A stretch of 32,000 nucleotides of DNA from Cupriavidus necator (GCF_016127575.1 NZ_CP066019.1:120001-152000), one strand, 5' to 3'. Positions 14,055 to 24,353 are shown, counted from the stretch's first letter. Program-made: numbers and translations. The notes: generated by a model not told the origin, from the sequence alone.

Positions 14055-15467
14055 ATGCATATCCAGAAGAAACCAGCCCATTCGACGGCCCTGCGCCGCA
14101 GGCTGATGCAACTCGCGCTGGCCGCGATGCTGGCCACTACCGCGTGGTGCGCACTGGCGCCGCGCGCACAGGCGCAGGAAGCCGTGAACGCGCGCCAGTT
14201 GCGCCTGCTGGCCGGCGCGCAGAAAGAGATCCGCAGCGCGCAACCGGTGGAACGCGTCGCGGTGGGCAACCCGGCGGTGGCCGACGCGCTGGTGCTGCGC
14301 ACGCGCGGTGCCCCCAGCGTGCTGCTGGTGGCCAAGCAACCTGGCGTGACCGACGTGATGGTGTGGACGCGCGGCGGCGCCGAGCCGCTGACCTACAACG
14401 TGCAGGTCGATGCCATCGCGCCCGATGCCGATGGCGCCAAGCTTGGCTATTCCGCCGCCGGTGCCACCATCACCGGGCAGTCGCCCGATGCCTATGCCGC
14501 GGCGCGCGCGCAGGCAGCGGCGCGCGCGGCCACCACCGGCAAGACCGATGGCAAGCCCGGCCTGGTGGTGGATCGCTCTACCGTGCCGCTCTCCGGTACC
14601 GTGCAGGTCGACGTCAAGGTGGTGGAGATCAGCAAGACCGTGCTCAAGGAAGTCGGTATCAACTTCTTCCGCAACAACTCCGGCTTTGCCTTCGGCACGT
14701 TCTCGCCATCGACGCTGAACAAGTTCACCTTTACGCCCGGCAGCGGCGGCGCACCGGGCAGTTTCAGTGCCGACATCGCGTCGCCGATGAGCAATGCCTT
14801 CAACCTGGTGGCCGCGTCGCTGACACACGGTATCTTCGCCAATATCAGCCTGCTGGAGGCCAACGGCCTGGCGCGCGTGCTGGCCGAGCCCAGCCTGGTG
14901 GCGCTGTCCGGCCAGAGTGCCAGCTTCCTGGCCGGCGGCGAGATCCCGATCCCGGTGCCGCAGGCGCTGGGCACGACCACGATCCAGTTCAAGCCATTCG
15001 GCATCGGGCTGACGGTGTCGCCCACGGTGCTGTCGGCCGACCGCATCGCGCTGAAGGTGGCGCCGGAGGCGAGCGACCTCGACCCCTCGCGCGGCATCTC
15101 GATCAATGGCGCGGTGGTGCCCGCCATCGTCACGCGGCGCGCCGACACCACGGTGGAACTGGGTGACGGCGAGAGCTTCGTGATCGGCGGGCTGGTCAGC
15201 CGCAACACCGTCAGCAACGTCAACAAGGTCCCGGTGCTGGGCGACCTGCCGGTGATCGGTGCCTTCTTCAAGAACCTGAATTTCCACCAGGAAGACCGTG
15301 AGCTGATGATCGTGGTCACGCCGCGCCTGGTGAAGCCGCTGGCCAAGGGCGCGCCGGCGGCGCAAGCCGTTGGTGCCGATGGCCGCACCAACGGCAACCC
15401 CAATGTATGGGGCTGGTATGTGCTGGGCGAATACGCGGACCCGACTTTGCCGGGTTTCTCAAAATAG
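14055..15467 (+). CDS. cpaC: type II/III secretion system secretin family protein CpaC/RcpA
   Basis: ATG 14055 (MHIQKKPAH..., signal peptide ending AQAQE). BON-like N-domain (VAVGNPAVADALVL...). Secretin core LLEANGLARVLAEPSLVALSGQSASFLAGGEIPIP...VPVLGDLPVIGAFFK. Confidence 0.9.
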   Translation: MHIQKKPAHSTALRRRLMQLALAAMLATTAWCALAPRAQAQEAVNARQLRLLAGAQKEIRSAQPVERVAVGNPAVADALVLRTRGAPSVLLVAKQPGVTDVMVWTRGGAEPLTYNVQVDAIAPDADGAKLGYSAAGATITGQSPDAYAAARAQAAARAATTGKTDGKPGLVVDRSTVPLSGTVQVDVKVVEISKTVLKEVGINFFRNNSGFAFGTFSPSTLNKFTFTPGSGGAPGSFSADIASPMSNAFNLVAASLTHGIFANISLLEANGLARVLAEPSLVALSGQSASFLAGGEIPIPVPQALGTTTIQFKPFGIGLTVSPTVLSADRIALKVAPEASDLDPSRGISINGAVVPAIVTRRADTTVELGDGESFVIGGLVSRNTVSNVNKVPVLGDLPVIGAFFKNLNFHQEDRELMIVVTPRLVKPLAKGAPAAQAVGADGRTNGNPNVWGWYVLGEYADPTLPGFSK

Positions 15468-15513
15468 CCGCCGGCCGTGCCGGCAGGCATGGCCAACAGC
15501 TTGAGGCGGAGAG

Positions 15514-16755
15514 ATGGATTATTTTCTGTTGCACGCAACGCAGGACGAAGTGAAGGACTGGCTGGGCAAGGTCCTGGGCGGGCTGGGCACGCTGGTGGCC
15601 GAAGGCGGCGCGCAGGAAGCCTTTCTCGAGCGCGTGGCCCAGCTGCGCCCGGGGCTGGTGTTCCTGCACTTCTCGACGGAACTGGCCGGCGCGTCGGCGC
15701 GGCTGGGCGAGCAGCTGCTGCGGCTCTTCCCGGGCCTGCCGCTGGTCGCGGTGGGCCATGCCGACGAGCCCGGCATCATGCTGGCGGCGCTGCGCGTGGG
15801 CGTGAAGGACTTTATCGACCTGCGCGACGCGCCGGCCGATGCCGAGGCCGTGGTCAAGCGCCTGGCCGTGCCGGGCGAGCAGGTGCGCCAGGCCGAGTCG
15901 GCGCGCCAGGGCAAGATCGTGGCGCTGCTGGGCGCGCGCCCCGGCGTGGGCGTGACCAGCCTGGCCGTGAACCTGGCCGCGGCGGCACGCCGCCACCTGC
16001 CACTGAATGAAAAGACTGACGCGCGCGCCGAAGTGCTGCTGCTGGACCTGGGCCTGCCGGCGCGCGACGGCGCGCTGTACCTGAACCTGAGTCCGGGCTT
16101 CCACTTTGTCGAGGCGGTGCGCAACCTGCGCCGCTTCGACCAGGTCTTCGTGCAGACCGCGCTGACACGCCACGGCAACGGCGTATGCGTGCTGCCGCTG
16201 CCCGCGGCGCTGGGCGAGCTGCGCGACATCTCTTACTCCGAAGCCATCAGCCTGCTGGAGCGGCTGCGCGCGTTCTTCGACATGCAGATCATCGACCTGG
16301 GCGGCTTCGGCAATGCCGAGTTCACCGCGCAGATCGTCAAGGCCGCCGACAGCGTGGTGCTGGTGGCCGACCAGAGCGTGGGCGCGATCGTTTCGGCCGC
16401 GGAGCTGGTGCATGAGCTGCGCGCGCGCGAGGTGGAGCGCGACGACCTGCACCTGCTGGTGTCGCGCTTCGATGCGCGCCTGGGCGTGGATGCCGCGCAG
16501 ATCGCGCACCGCGTGGGTGTGCAGTCGGTGGGCACGCTGCCCGACAGCCGCGCACCGCTGGTGCTGGCCATGAACCGCGGCGCGGTGCTGGCCGACGACG
16601 ATCCGCACGACCCCTATGTGCGCGCCCTGGCCGACCTGCTGGCACGACTGGGCTACCGCGCGGCGCAGGCCAGGGAAACCAGCCTGCTGGCGCGGATGAA
16701 GGACAAACTGCCTGAGGCGCTGCGCGCGGTGCGCGTGGCACGCACTGGAACCTGA
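15514..16755 (+). CDS. tadZ: TadZ/CpaE: atypical receiver domain plus MinD/ParA-like ATPase domain
   Basis: The position before tadA fits TadZ. Receiver-like N-terminus (LVFLHFS...PLVAVGH...GVKDFI). Deviant Walker A KIVALLGARPGVGVTSLAVNLA (15931-15960). Confidence 0.85.
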   Translation: MDYFLLHATQDEVKDWLGKVLGGLGTLVAEGGAQEAFLERVAQLRPGLVFLHFSTELAGASARLGEQLLRLFPGLPLVAVGHADEPGIMLAALRVGVKDFIDLRDAPADAEAVVKRLAVPGEQVRQAESARQGKIVALLGARPGVGVTSLAVNLAAAARRHLPLNEKTDARAEVLLLDLGLPARDGALYLNLSPGFHFVEAVRNLRRFDQVFVQTALTRHGNGVCVLPLPAALGELRDISYSEAISLLERLRAFFDMQIIDLGGFGNAEFTAQIVKAADSVVLVADQSVGAIVSAAELVHELRAREVERDDLHLLVSRFDARLGVDAAQIAHRVGVQSVGTLPDSRAPLVLAMNRGAVLADDDPHDPYVRALADLLARLGYRAAQARETSLLARMKDKLPEALRAVRVARTGT

Positions 16756-16756
16756 C

Positions 16757-18073
16757 ATGACGCAAGCGATTGAATTCTCCGACAACGCCCCCGCACCGTT
16801 TCCGGTCTCGCAGGAATTCCAGAACATCAAGGAAGCGGCGCACGAGCACCTGCTGACCCGCATCGAAGAGCTCGGCGCAGAGTTCGGCCGCTGGTCGCGT
16901 ACCGCGATCCAGCGCTTTGTCGACCTGGAACTGGAGAGCTTTACCCGGTTGCGCCGCATCCCCATCAACGAGGCCGAGCTGCGCCAGATTGCCGAGGCGC
17001 TGACCAAGGAGCTGGCCGGCTTCGGCCCGATCGAAGACCTGCTCAACGACCCCGCGGTGGAAGACATCCTGGTCAACGGCCACCTTGACGTCTACGTGTC
17101 GCGCCACGGCGTGCTGGAGCGCATCCCGGTGCGCTTTACCGACAGCGGCCACCTGCTGCGCATCGTGCGCCGCATCCTGGCGCCGATCGGCAGGCGGCTG
17201 GACGAGTCCAACCCGATGGTCGATGCGCGCCTGCCCGACGGCGGCCGCATCAACGTGGTGATCCCGCCGCTGGCGCTGGAGGGTCCAGTGGTGTCGATCC
17301 GCAAGTTCCGCAAGGACCCGATGACGCCTGCTGACCTGCAGGGGCTGGGCACCATGAGCCCCGAGATCTGCGACCTGCTGCAGGCCGCGGTGCAGGCGCG
17401 CTGCAATATCCTGGTGAGCGGCGGCACCAGCTCGGGCAAGACTTCGCTGCTCAATGCGCTGGCCACCTTCGTGCCGACCACCGAGCGCGTCATCACCATC
17501 GAGGACACCGCCGAGCTGGCGCTGAACCACCCGCACGTGGTGCGGCTGGAAAGCCGTCCCGGCGGTTTCGAGGGCACCGGCGTGGTGTCGATCCGCGACC
17601 TGCTGCGCAACAGCCTGCGCATGCGCCCGGACCGCATCATCGTGGGTGAAGTGCGCGGCGGCGAGGTGCTGGAGATGCTCCAGGCGATGAGCACCGGCCA
17701 CGATGGTTCGATGGGCACCATCCACGCCAGCAGCCCGCGCGAATGCCTGTACCGGCTGGAGATGCTGGCCGGCTTTGCCGGCTTCCAGGGCAGCGAGGCG
17801 AGCCTGCGCCGGCAGATCGCCAACGCCATCGACTTTATCGTGCAGATCGCGCGGCTTTCCAACGGCAAGCGCCGCATCGTCTCGATCACCGAGATCACCG
17901 GGCTGGGCGACAACATCATTTCCACCCAGGAGCTGTACCGTCACGAGCCCTACGTGAACCCGGACGGTACCGAGACCGACCGCTGGCTCTCGCTCGGCCT
18001 GCTGCCGCACTCGCCCAAGCTGGCACGCATGCGCGGACCGGGCTTCATGCTGGACGACCGCTTCGATGTCTAG
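16757..18073 (+). CDS. tadA: CpaF/TadA secretion ATPase
   Basis: Walker A GGTSSGKTSLLNAL, Asp box ERVITIEDTAEL, Walker B RPDRIIVGEVRGGE, His box GHDGSMGTIHA. Confidence 0.95.
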   Translation: MTQAIEFSDNAPAPFPVSQEFQNIKEAAHEHLLTRIEELGAEFGRWSRTAIQRFVDLELESFTRLRRIPINEAELRQIAEALTKELAGFGPIEDLLNDPAVEDILVNGHLDVYVSRHGVLERIPVRFTDSGHLLRIVRRILAPIGRRLDESNPMVDARLPDGGRINVVIPPLALEGPVVSIRKFRKDPMTPADLQGLGTMSPEICDLLQAAVQARCNILVSGGTSSGKTSLLNALATFVPTTERVITIEDTAELALNHPHVVRLESRPGGFEGTGVVSIRDLLRNSLRMRPDRIIVGEVRGGEVLEMLQAMSTGHDGSMGTIHASSPRECLYRLEMLAGFAGFQGSEASLRRQIANAIDFIVQIARLSNGKRRIVSITEITGLGDNIISTQELYRHEPYVNPDGTETDRWLSLGLLPHSPKLARMRGPGFMLDDRFDV

Positions 18074-18992
18074 CGCCACGCTGCTGCTCGCCGCCACGGC
18101 CCTGGTCATCACCGGCCTGGGCCTGCTGCTGCTGGCCAGCGCGCAGGCGCGTGCGCGCCGCGAGCAGCAGCAGGCCTTCCTGCAGGCGCAGACCGAGCAG
18201 GTGCGCCTGCGCTATGCGCAGGCGCCGGATCCGGCGCTGCAACTGCCCGCACGCGACCTGCGCCGCCGCTGGGACGACTTCCTGCGGCGTGCCGACCTGG
18301 CGCCGACGCGCCGTACCGCCATCGTCTGGATCACGCCGGTGGTGCTGTGCACGCTGGCCGGCGCGGTGGCGGGGCAATGGCTGGGCGCGGTGTCGGCCCT
18401 GATCGTGGCGCTGGCCGTGGCGGCGTTCGCGGCCTGGAACCGCGTGCGCCGCCTGCACAAGAAGCTGTTGTCGCAACTGCCCGGGTTCCTGGACGGCGTG
18501 GTGCGGCTGATGACGATCGGCAGCAGCGTGCCGGCGGCGTTCCAGAATTCGATCGCCAATACCGAGGCGCCGCTGCGCCAATGCCTGGTGCAGGCCGTGC
18601 ACCTGCAGCGCGCCGGCAAGGAGCTGGACCAGGCGGTGCTGCAGGTCGGGCGCGTGTACAAGGTCGAGGAACTGGTGCTGGTGGCTTCCGTGCTGCGCCT
18701 GTCGGTGCGCTACGGCGGCCGCGCCGATGTGGTGATGGAGCGCACCGCCGCCTTTATGCGCGACCGCGAACAGGCCCAGCGCGAGCTGATGGCGCTGTCG
18801 GCCGAGACCCGGCTGTCGGCGTGGATCCTGGGGCTGCTGCCGCTGGTGGTGGCCGGCGGCCTGTTCATGCTGAACGCGGGCTACATCTTGATGATGTGGA
18901 AGGATCCCACCGGCAAGACGATGCTGCTGTCGGCCCTGGCGCTGGAAATTGCCGGGGCCTTCATGCTGTACCGGCTGGCCAAGTCGATCTGA
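18066..18992 (+). CDS. tadB: TadB, type II secretion system F family inner-membrane protein
   Basis: Overlaps the tadA stop by 8 nt. GspF-like domain (LPGFLDGVVRLMTIGSSVPAAF...), a C-terminal TM pair and conserved operon position. Confidence 0.9.
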   Translation: MSSATLLLAATALVITGLGLLLLASAQARARREQQQAFLQAQTEQVRLRYAQAPDPALQLPARDLRRRWDDFLRRADLAPTRRTAIVWITPVVLCTLAGAVAGQWLGAVSALIVALAVAAFAAWNRVRRLHKKLLSQLPGFLDGVVRLMTIGSSVPAAFQNSIANTEAPLRQCLVQAVHLQRAGKELDQAVLQVGRVYKVEELVLVASVLRLSVRYGGRADVVMERTAAFMRDREQAQRELMALSAETRLSAWILGLLPLVVAGGLFMLNAGYILMMWKDPTGKTMLLSALALEIAGAFMLYRLAKSI

Positions 18993-19023
18993 GCGGCATG
19001 CCAGCACGCAGACAAGAGCCAAC

Positions 19024-20061
19024 ATGGACCGCCTGACACTGATTTCGCTCAGCCTGCTAGCCGCCGCCTGCGGCGTGGGCGTACTGACGCTGCCGCTGTT
19101 GCGCGACTGGCGCCAGCGCCGGCTGTCGGCGCGCACCATCGACGGCGCGCTGGCGCGGCAGCGCGCGGCAGAAGCCGCCCAGGCCGCCCACGCCGCAGTC
19201 CCCGCCGCGTCGGGCACCCAGGCTGCGGCAAAGGCCGGTGCCGCCGCGCCGCAGGGCAGGGGCGGGGCGGCTACCGCAATCGGGGCACAACTGGGCGCGC
19301 GCGTGGGCGAGCGCATCAATGCCCACTGGCTGGATTCGCGCCTCGGGCGCGCGGTGGTGACGCCGGAAGACCAGCAGTTGCTGGAGCAATGTGGATGGTA
19401 CGGGCCGCAGTCGCGCATGCTGTTTGGCGTGCTGCGGCTGGGGTTGCCGTCGGCCCTGGCGCTCGCCGCCATGCTCTGGCACGTGGGCGCGGGCGCCTTT
19501 GCCATCGTCGCGTGGGGCTTCGGCACGTTTGCGCTGGCCTACCTGGCCCCCAAGTGGCACCTGCGCCGCCGTGCCGCGGCGCGCCTGCGCATGGTCGATG
19601 ACGAGCTGCCGGTGCTGATCGACATGCTGCGCCTGCTGCAGGGCGTGGGCCTGTCGATCGACCAGAGCCTGCAGGTGATCGTGGCCGAGTTCGGCAGCAT
19701 GCTGCGCGTGCTGGGGCCGGAGCTGGCACGCGCCAACCAGCAGTTTGCCTCGGGACGCTCGCGCGAACAGACGCTCTTGCGCATCGGCCGGCTGTTCGAC
19801 AGTGAAGACCTGAAGAGCCTGATCACGCTGCTGACGCAGGTGGACAAGCACGGCGGCGCGGTGCAGGAGCCGCTGCGCCAGTTCGGCCTGCGCATGCAGG
19901 AGGCGCGCAAATCGCGCTTGAAGGATGAGATCGGCCGGCTCACGGTCAAGATGACCGCGGTGATGGTGGTGAGCCTGCTGCCGGTGCTGCTGATCCTGAC
20001 CGCGGGCCCCGGCTTCCTCGGGGTGATCCGCATGCTGGCACATATGGGAGGGACGCGATGA
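19024..20061 (+). CDS. tadC: TadC, type II secretion system F family inner-membrane protein
   Basis: ATG 19024 (MDRLTLISLSLLAAA...). GspF-like domain (ELPVLIDMLRLLQGVGLSIDQSL...) and C-terminal TMs. Contains an Ala-rich insert (aa 35-90). Confidence 0.85.
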   Translation: MDRLTLISLSLLAAACGVGVLTLPLLRDWRQRRLSARTIDGALARQRAAEAAQAAHAAVPAASGTQAAAKAGAAAPQGRGGAATAIGAQLGARVGERINAHWLDSRLGRAVVTPEDQQLLEQCGWYGPQSRMLFGVLRLGLPSALALAAMLWHVGAGAFAIVAWGFGTFALAYLAPKWHLRRRAAARLRMVDDELPVLIDMLRLLQGVGLSIDQSLQVIVAEFGSMLRVLGPELARANQQFASGRSREQTLLRIGRLFDSEDLKSLITLLTQVDKHGGAVQEPLRQFGLRMQEARKSRLKDEIGRLTVKMTAVMVVSLLPVLLILTAGPGFLGVIRMLAHMGGTR

Positions 20062-20921
20062 CGCGCTCAGTCGGTCCGGCGCTGGGCCGGATCTCGAAAA
20101 CGGCGGCGTGCCTGCTGCTCGCGGCGCTGTCTGGCTGCGCCGCCAATCAGAACGGGGCCGCGGCCATGCATGACCAGGCCGAGGCGCAGGTGGAACTGGC
20201 CAAGCTGCGCGACAAGACCGCGCGCGCCGAATACAGCGAGCAGGCGGTCTACCTGGGCCTGATCCGCAAGATGCAGCAGGACGGGCTTTACTTCGCCTCG
20301 CTGGCTCATATCGAGGTCTACGTGAAGCGCTTCGGCTCCGGCCCGGAGATCCAGGCGATGCGCGCCGATGCGCTGCGCGAGACCGGGCAGGACAAGGCCG
20401 CCACCGATGCTTACCAGCAACTTGCAGCGACGTCGCAAGGCGAGCAGGCCGCGCATGCGCACCACGGGCTCGGCCTGCTGGCGGGGCGCCAGGATGACTT
20501 TGCGCGCGCCGTTACAGAGCTGCGCCAGGCCGCCGCGCTCGACCCCGTCAATCCGCGCATCTCCGGCGACCTGGGCTACGCGCTGATGCGCGCCGGCGCG
20601 CTGCAGGACGCGCGCGTGCCGGTGATGCAGGCGCTGGAACTGGACGCGCGCAATCCGCGTGTGATCAGCAACGCCGTGGTGTGGCTGATCGCCGACGGCA
20701 AGCGCGCGCAGGCCAACGCCATGATGCAAAAGGCCGCGCTGCCCGAAGCCACGCGCAGCGCCATCCGCAAGGAAGCCGACCGCATCGCCCGCGCCACCGC
20801 GGCGCGCGACCGCGCAGCGGCCCGTCCTGCGCCGGCAGCGCGGGCGCCATCGAAACCCGCCACCACCGCACCGGCCACCTCGGTGGCGGCCGTGGCCGCA
20901 ACCGCAGGGGCTACCCCATGA
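20058..20921 (+). CDS. tadD: TadD-like TPR lipoprotein
   Basis: ATGA overlap with tadC. Lipobox LAALSG|CAAN. TPR-like helices (GLGLLAGRQDDFARAVTELRQAAALDPVNPRISGDLGYALMRAG...). Ala/Pro-rich tail. Confidence 0.8.
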   Translation: MTRSVGPALGRISKTAACLLLAALSGCAANQNGAAAMHDQAEAQVELAKLRDKTARAEYSEQAVYLGLIRKMQQDGLYFASLAHIEVYVKRFGSGPEIQAMRADALRETGQDKAATDAYQQLAATSQGEQAAHAHHGLGLLAGRQDDFARAVTELRQAAALDPVNPRISGDLGYALMRAGALQDARVPVMQALELDARNPRVISNAVVWLIADGKRAQANAMMQKAALPEATRSAIRKEADRIARATAARDRAAARPAPAARAPSKPATTAPATSVAAVAATAGATP

Positions 20922-21265
20922 CCGCCATGTTCCGCATTGCCATCCCCGCGCTCTGCCTGCTGATGCTGGCGCCCGCCGCGCAGGCGCAGACCGACCGTGC
21001 CACGACCGAGGCCGCTGCCACCGGCATGCCGGCAGGCAGCCCGGCGCAACGCGAGATCGGTGCCGACACGCGCGCCATCCTTGCCATCCAGCGCGAAGGC
21101 ACGCAGGCTGGCCCCATGCTGCCGATGCACGGCGAGCAGGCCGCGCTGGGCTATGAGCGCTACCTGAACAGCTTCCGCTTCGCGCTGCCGGAGTTCTACA
21201 CGGGGCAGGCCAACGCCAGCACCGCGCGCGCCGGCTCCGCCGGCCAGATGCTGGGCGGCAAATGA
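20918..21265 (+). CDS. small secreted Tad-associated protein (DUF3613-like)
   Basis: ATGA overlap with tadD. 115 aa with signal peptide MTAMFRIAIPALCLLMLAPAAQA/Q. The segment TRAILAIQREGTQAG...GEQAALGYERYLNSF resembles proteins seen at this position in Burkholderiales tad loci (family name recalled from memory). Confidence 0.65.
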   Translation: MTAMFRIAIPALCLLMLAPAAQAQTDRATTEAAATGMPAGSPAQREIGADTRAILAIQREGTQAGPMLPMHGEQAALGYERYLNSFRFALPEFYTGQANASTARAGSAGQMLGGK

Positions 21266-22950
21266 GCTTGCGCCAGCCGCGGCCGCGCCGGGCACCTCGA
21301 TCCGCACGCGGCGCCATCAGTGTGATGGCGGCGCTGCTGATCGCCACCGTGGCGATCGCCGCGCTGGTGTCGATCGACGTGGGGCATGTGTTCATGCGCC
21401 AGCGGCAGTTGCAGAACGTGGTGGACCTGGCCGCGATGTCGGCGGCACAGCAACTCAAGCGAGCTGATAGCGCGGCGAATCTGAACGCCGCTGTGCTGGG
21501 TACGGTCAGGAATATCGGTGCGAAGAACGGGTATCCGTCGGGCATTGCAATGGGTTGCGGCGATGCCACCGGTGGCGGCGCGGATGCCATGACTGCCTGT
21601 CTTGGCGTGTGGGATCCGGCGAGCGGCGGGCCGAAGCATTTCAGCGCTACGTATGAAGCAACCAAGGTCTCGCCCAATGCCGTGCGCGTGCAGGCAACGC
21701 AGACCGTGCCAATCCTGTTCGTGATCGACGGCGGCAGCGGCCGGCAGCTGTTTGCTGAAGCGATTGCCAGCGGCAGTCCGCCGGTGGCGGCGTTTTCGCT
21801 GGGTACTGGGTTGCTGGACGTCTCCACCGCCAACAGCATGCTGAGTGTGTTGCTGGGCAATACGGTGAGCTTGTCGTTGGTGGACTGGCAGGGACTGGTC
21901 AATACCACCGTGACGCTGGACCAGTTGCGGCTCAAAGCGGGTGTCGGCACGGTGGACCAGCTGTTGAACACTTCATTGAATCTGCGTGATTTCTATGCGC
22001 TGGTGCTTGGCGCCGCTGGCCGCGACGCGCTGCTGACGACGATGCTGGGCAGCCCGCCAACCGCGCTCGGGGCCAGCGGGGCAGCGGCTACGGTGTCACT
22101 GGCCAGGCTGCTTGATCTTGGTTTGATGGCGCCTGCGGCATCGTCGGCGGTGGAGGTGGGCCTGAACGTGGCGCAGTTGCTGCTCGCCTCCGCGCAGGTG
22201 GCGCGAGGGGATACGGCAGTTGCCCTGCCACTGAACATACCCAATCTCCCGCTTGGCCTGGGGGGCATCAGCGCCAACCTGCGCGTGATCGAGCCGCCGG
22301 TGACGGCGGCAGGTCCGGCGCGACAGCTCTCCAGCAACCCGGACGCCTGGCAAACGACCGCAAGCTCATCCCAGGTAAAACTGACCCTGATGCTCCAGAT
22401 CACCTCAAATATCCTGAAACCGGTACTGGACGCCAACTTGAACGTGCCGCTCTATCTCGATGTGGCCAACGCCACCGCCGACCTGACCAAGCTGCAATGC
22501 GCGGCAAATCCTGGGGACCGCCGTGCCACGATGCACGTCAGAAGTGGTCTCGTCACGGCGTGCCTCACCGATGGCTGCACGGGTAGCGATGTGGTGCTCG
22601 GCCAGGCTAAGCTGGGGCTGTTCGACATTGCGGACGTGATTGCCACGGACGTCCCACGCTATGGCAGCACGGCTGGCCAGGAGGTCACGCTGGCACCGGG
22701 CGGGCATGCGCAAGTTGGTACCGCCGATCCGTTTGGCGGGTTGTTCTCGCAAGTGCTGGCCCTGAAGGTGCGGACTAGGCTGCTGGGCATCCTTAGTGTG
22801 CCCATTGATCTCGGCCCGCTACTCGCGCCGGTCGGGGCAGCGCTCGACGCATTGATCCCGCCGCTGCTCGCCAGCCTCGGCATCCAGCTAGGCACCGCCG
22901 ACCTCTGGGTCCACAGCATCGACTGCAACAATGCCGAACTGGTGTACTGA
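21262..22950 (+). CDS. tadG: TadG-like pilus assembly protein
   Basis: ATGA overlap with the previous gene. TadE/G-like N-terminus [47 protein letters not shown]. 562 aa. Confidence 0.8.
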   Translation: MSLRQPRPRRAPRSARGAISVMAALLIATVAIAALVSIDVGHVFMRQRQLQNVVDLAAMSAAQQLKRADSAANLNAAVLGTVRNIGAKNGYPSGIAMGCGDATGGGADAMTACLGVWDPASGGPKHFSATYEATKVSPNAVRVQATQTVPILFVIDGGSGRQLFAEAIASGSPPVAAFSLGTGLLDVSTANSMLSVLLGNTVSLSLVDWQGLVNTTVTLDQLRLKAGVGTVDQLLNTSLNLRDFYALVLGAAGRDALLTTMLGSPPTALGASGAAATVSLARLLDLGLMAPAASSAVEVGLNVAQLLLASAQVARGDTAVALPLNIPNLPLGLGGISANLRVIEPPVTAAGPARQLSSNPDAWQTTASSSQVKLTLMLQITSNILKPVLDANLNVPLYLDVANATADLTKLQCAANPGDRRATMHVRSGLVTACLTDGCTGSDVVLGQAKLGLFDIADVIATDVPRYGSTAGQEVTLAPGGHAQVGTADPFGGLFSQVLALKVRTRLLGILSVPIDLGPLLAPVGAALDALIPPLLASLGIQLGTADLWVHSIDCNNAELVY

Positions 22951-22988
22951 GCCATGATTGCGCCAAACCGCCTGATGGCAGAAATCGA

Positions 22989-24353
22989 ATGAAGACAGAC
23001 CGCTGGGCCTACGAAAACCTTGAAGTCTACGTGTGGGAAGGCAAGTACGAGATCGCCGACCGCGTCACGCGTTTCCTGGCGCCGCTGGGCGTGGACGTTA
23101 TCCGCGCCGGCGCACTCGAAGCCTTGCCTGCCGAGCCGCGCCTGAAGCCCTGCATCGCGGTGATCAGCGTGTCGGTGATCGGCGCGGCGCGCTTTTCGCT
23201 GGACTGGGAGGCCGCGCACGGCATGCCGGTGATCTGGGTGGCAGGCCCCGGCCGCGAGGCCGATCCCGGGCGCTTTCCGCCGGAGTACGCGCATATTCTT
23301 GCCGATGACTTCACCGGCGCCGACCTGCGCAGCCAGATCGGCAAGCTGCTGCCGCAACTGCTGGCCACGGACGCGCCCGGCGAGCGCGAGGCCGATCTGG
23401 TGGCCGGCTCGCCGGCGATGCGCCAGTTGCTGCAGCATGTGGAAACCTTCGCCGACTTCGGCAGCAACGTGATGCTGTATGGCGAAACCGGCGCGGGCAA
23501 GGAACGCATCGCGCGCCTGTTCCATGAGCGCAATGGCACCTACGGAAAGGGGCCGTTCGTCGCGGTCAACTGCGGTGCGATCCCTGACGGCTTGTTCGAG
23601 TCGCAGTTCTTCGGCCATGCCAAGGGCGCGTTCACCGGCGCCTCGTTCGCGCACCGTGGCTATTTCGAGCAGGCCAACGGCGGCACGCTGTTTCTCGATG
23701 AAATCGGCGACCTGCCGCTGTTCCAGCAGGTCAAGCTGCTGCGCGTGCTGGAAGAGAACGTGATCACCCGGCTGGGATCGACCCTGGCGGTCAAGCTGGA
23801 TTTCCGGCTGGTGGCGGCGACCAACAAGGACCTGCGCGACGCGGTGCGACAGGGGCGTTTCCGCGCCGACCTGTTCTTCCGCCTGGCGGTGATCGAGATG
23901 CGCATCCCCAGCCTGGAAGAGCGTGGCCAGGCCGACAAGGTGGCACTGCTGCAGTCCTTCCTGCGCCATATGCTGGGGGAATCCGGCTTCGACGCGCTGC
24001 CGCCGATGCCTGACTGGCTCAAGGGCGCGGTTGGCACCGCCTATTTCACCGGCAATGTGCGCGAGCTGCGCAACCTGGCCGAGCGTGTGGGCATCACAGT
24101 GCAGCAGACCGGGCACTGGGACGAAGAGCGCATCCGGCCGCTGTTCCGCTCGCTGCATCCGGGTGCGTTCGATGGCGGCGAGCGCAACGACCTGCGTGCC
24201 GATACGGAAGAGCGCCGCCGCATCCTGGCCGCGCTCGATGCCAATGGCTGGCGGCGGCAGGACACGGCGGCAAGCCTGGGCATCAGCCGCAAGGTGCTGT
24301 GGGAAAAGATGCGCAAGTACCAGATCGCCGACAGCGAGGCCGAGCCGGTCTGA
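22989..24353 (+). CDS. sigma-54-dependent Fis-family transcriptional activator (bEBP) with degenerate receiver-like N-domain
   Basis: AAA+ core with Walker [15 protein letters not shown] at 23625-23642 and Walker [12 protein letters not shown], plus [12 protein letters not shown]-terminal Fis [21 protein letters not shown]. The N-terminal ~125 aa lack the acidic pocket and phospho-Asp. Confidence 0.9.
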   Translation: MKTDRWAYENLEVYVWEGKYEIADRVTRFLAPLGVDVIRAGALEALPAEPRLKPCIAVISVSVIGAARFSLDWEAAHGMPVIWVAGPGREADPGRFPPEYAHILADDFTGADLRSQIGKLLPQLLATDAPGEREADLVAGSPAMRQLLQHVETFADFGSNVMLYGETGAGKERIARLFHERNGTYGKGPFVAVNCGAIPDGLFESQFFGHAKGAFTGASFAHRGYFEQANGGTLFLDEIGDLPLFQQVKLLRVLEENVITRLGSTLAVKLDFRLVAATNKDLRDAVRQGRFRADLFFRLAVIEMRIPSLEERGQADKVALLQSFLRHMLGESGFDALPPMPDWLKGAVGTAYFTGNVRELRNLAERVGITVQQTGHWDEERIRPLFRSLHPGAFDGGERNDLRADTEERRRILAALDANGWRRQDTAASLGISRKVLWEKMRKYQIADSEAEPV

